DNA from: Thermoproteota archaeon
GTDB lineage: Archaea > Asgardarchaeota > Jordiarchaeia > Jordiarchaeales > Freyrarchaeaceae
Length of the DNA stretch: 17,165 bases
NCBI GenBank assembly: GCA_029258835.1
Contig: JAPDJY010000059.1
Coordinates: forward strand, 1 to 17,165
Reading direction: 5' to 3'
The notes beneath the pieces were generated by a model that was not told the DNA's origin, did no database searches, and was given only the letters and a program-made list of their open reading frames with translations. Numbering within the stretch: position 1 is the stretch's first letter; each line of letters opens with the position of its first letter. Shown piece by piece: positions 16,523 to 17,165 of this stretch. The translations under genes were made by a program, and so were the position numbers.

Positions 16523-17164
16523 CTACCTCCTTAGTATCACTACACAACTCGTCTGCGCCGCTGCTCCGCTAGCCACGCTGAGGCCCTGCACCAGCGCCGT
16601 TTCAGCGTCTGGAACCTGCCTTCTGTCGGCCTCGCCCCTTAACTGGAGGGCTGCCTCGGCTACTCTTGCTAGGCCTGTCGCCGGGTAGGGGTCGGCGCAG
16701 AGAGCTCCTCCGGAGGGGTTCACCGGTAACTCTCCGTTAATGGCTGTCACGCCGTCCTTCAGAAGCTTTGCCCCGTTTCCCTTCTCGCAGAAGCCGAGTG
16801 CTTCGTACTCCATTAACTCGTGGAATGCTGTTGCGTCGTGGATCTCAGCTAAATCTAGTTGTTTAACAGGGTTGTCTATTCCCGCCATCTTGTATGCTCT
16901 TTGAGCTGCGATGGAGACCTGAGCTAGCTCAGCTAGCTCCTTAGACCCGATGTGGTATGTGTCCACGCTCCATGCTATGCCATCTATCCATATTGGGTTG
17001 TCCGTTATCCTTGTAGCCATGTTCTCTTCAGCTATGACTAGGGCGCACGCTCCAGAGGATCTTGGCGGCAGCTCCAGCTCTCTAAGCGGCCAAGAGACAA
17101 CCTTGGAACTTAATACGTTTTCAACGCTTACCCCAGACTGGAGGTGCGCATAGGGGTTATTGAC
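16523..17164 (-). CDS. Thiolase-superfamily protein, Ltp4-like (second paralogue); 5' end outside window
   Basis: Frame is open to the window edge (VNNPYAHLQ...WPLRELELPPRSSGACALVI...). EIHDAT and VNPSGGALCADP motifs. Confidence 0.85.
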   Translation of the reverse strand, partial: VNNPYAHLQSGVSVENVLSSKVVSWPLRELELPPRSSGACALVIAEENMATRITDNPIWIDGIAWSVDTYHIGSKELAELAQVSIAAQRAYKMAGIDNPVKQLDLAEIHDATAFHELMEYEALGFCEKGNGAKLLKDGVTAINGELPVNPSGGALCADPYPATGLARVAEAALQLRGEADRRQVPDAETALVQGLSVASGAAAQTSCVVILRR

Positions 17165-17165
17165 G

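Noticed and set aside
1-17165. tRNA/rRNA genes, transposases, integrases, selenocysteine/pyrrolysine read-through
   Set aside because: None recognisable by eye. Intact genes end at expected family lengths and the broken ones are explained by frameshifts.

Overview
Gene-dense window, most likely from a (thermophilic) archaeon: TATA/BRE-like promoters, GGAGG/GGTG Shine-Dalgarno sites, AGG/AGA Arg codons and archaeal-type gene content. The lineage cannot be fixed from this window. It is dominated by lipid/acyl-CoA catabolism. There are two paralogous cassettes of thiolase-fold proteins lacking the canonical thiolase motifs (Ltp4-like + Ltp3-like), each with Zn-ribbon/OB-fold (DUF35) partners. 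The first cassette follows a nitronate-monooxygenase/FabK-family flavoprotein and is divergent from a PaaK-like CoA ligase. Also present are an LLM-class (probably F420-dependent) oxidoreductase, a GH1 beta-glycosidase, an Fe-S protein, an MtaA/CmuA-family protein that has lost its Zn ligands, a head-neck-stalk-anchor coiled-coil protein with 21-bp repeats, and a VapBC toxin-antitoxin pair. Two pseudogenes not resolved by the ORF track were reconstructed by hand: a CCGG-family (BsaWI-like) restriction endonuclease remnant and a multiply frameshifted GyrI-like protein. Several genes show sharp blocks of G/T-ending versus A/C-ending codons. All family assignments come from motif recognition, not database searches.
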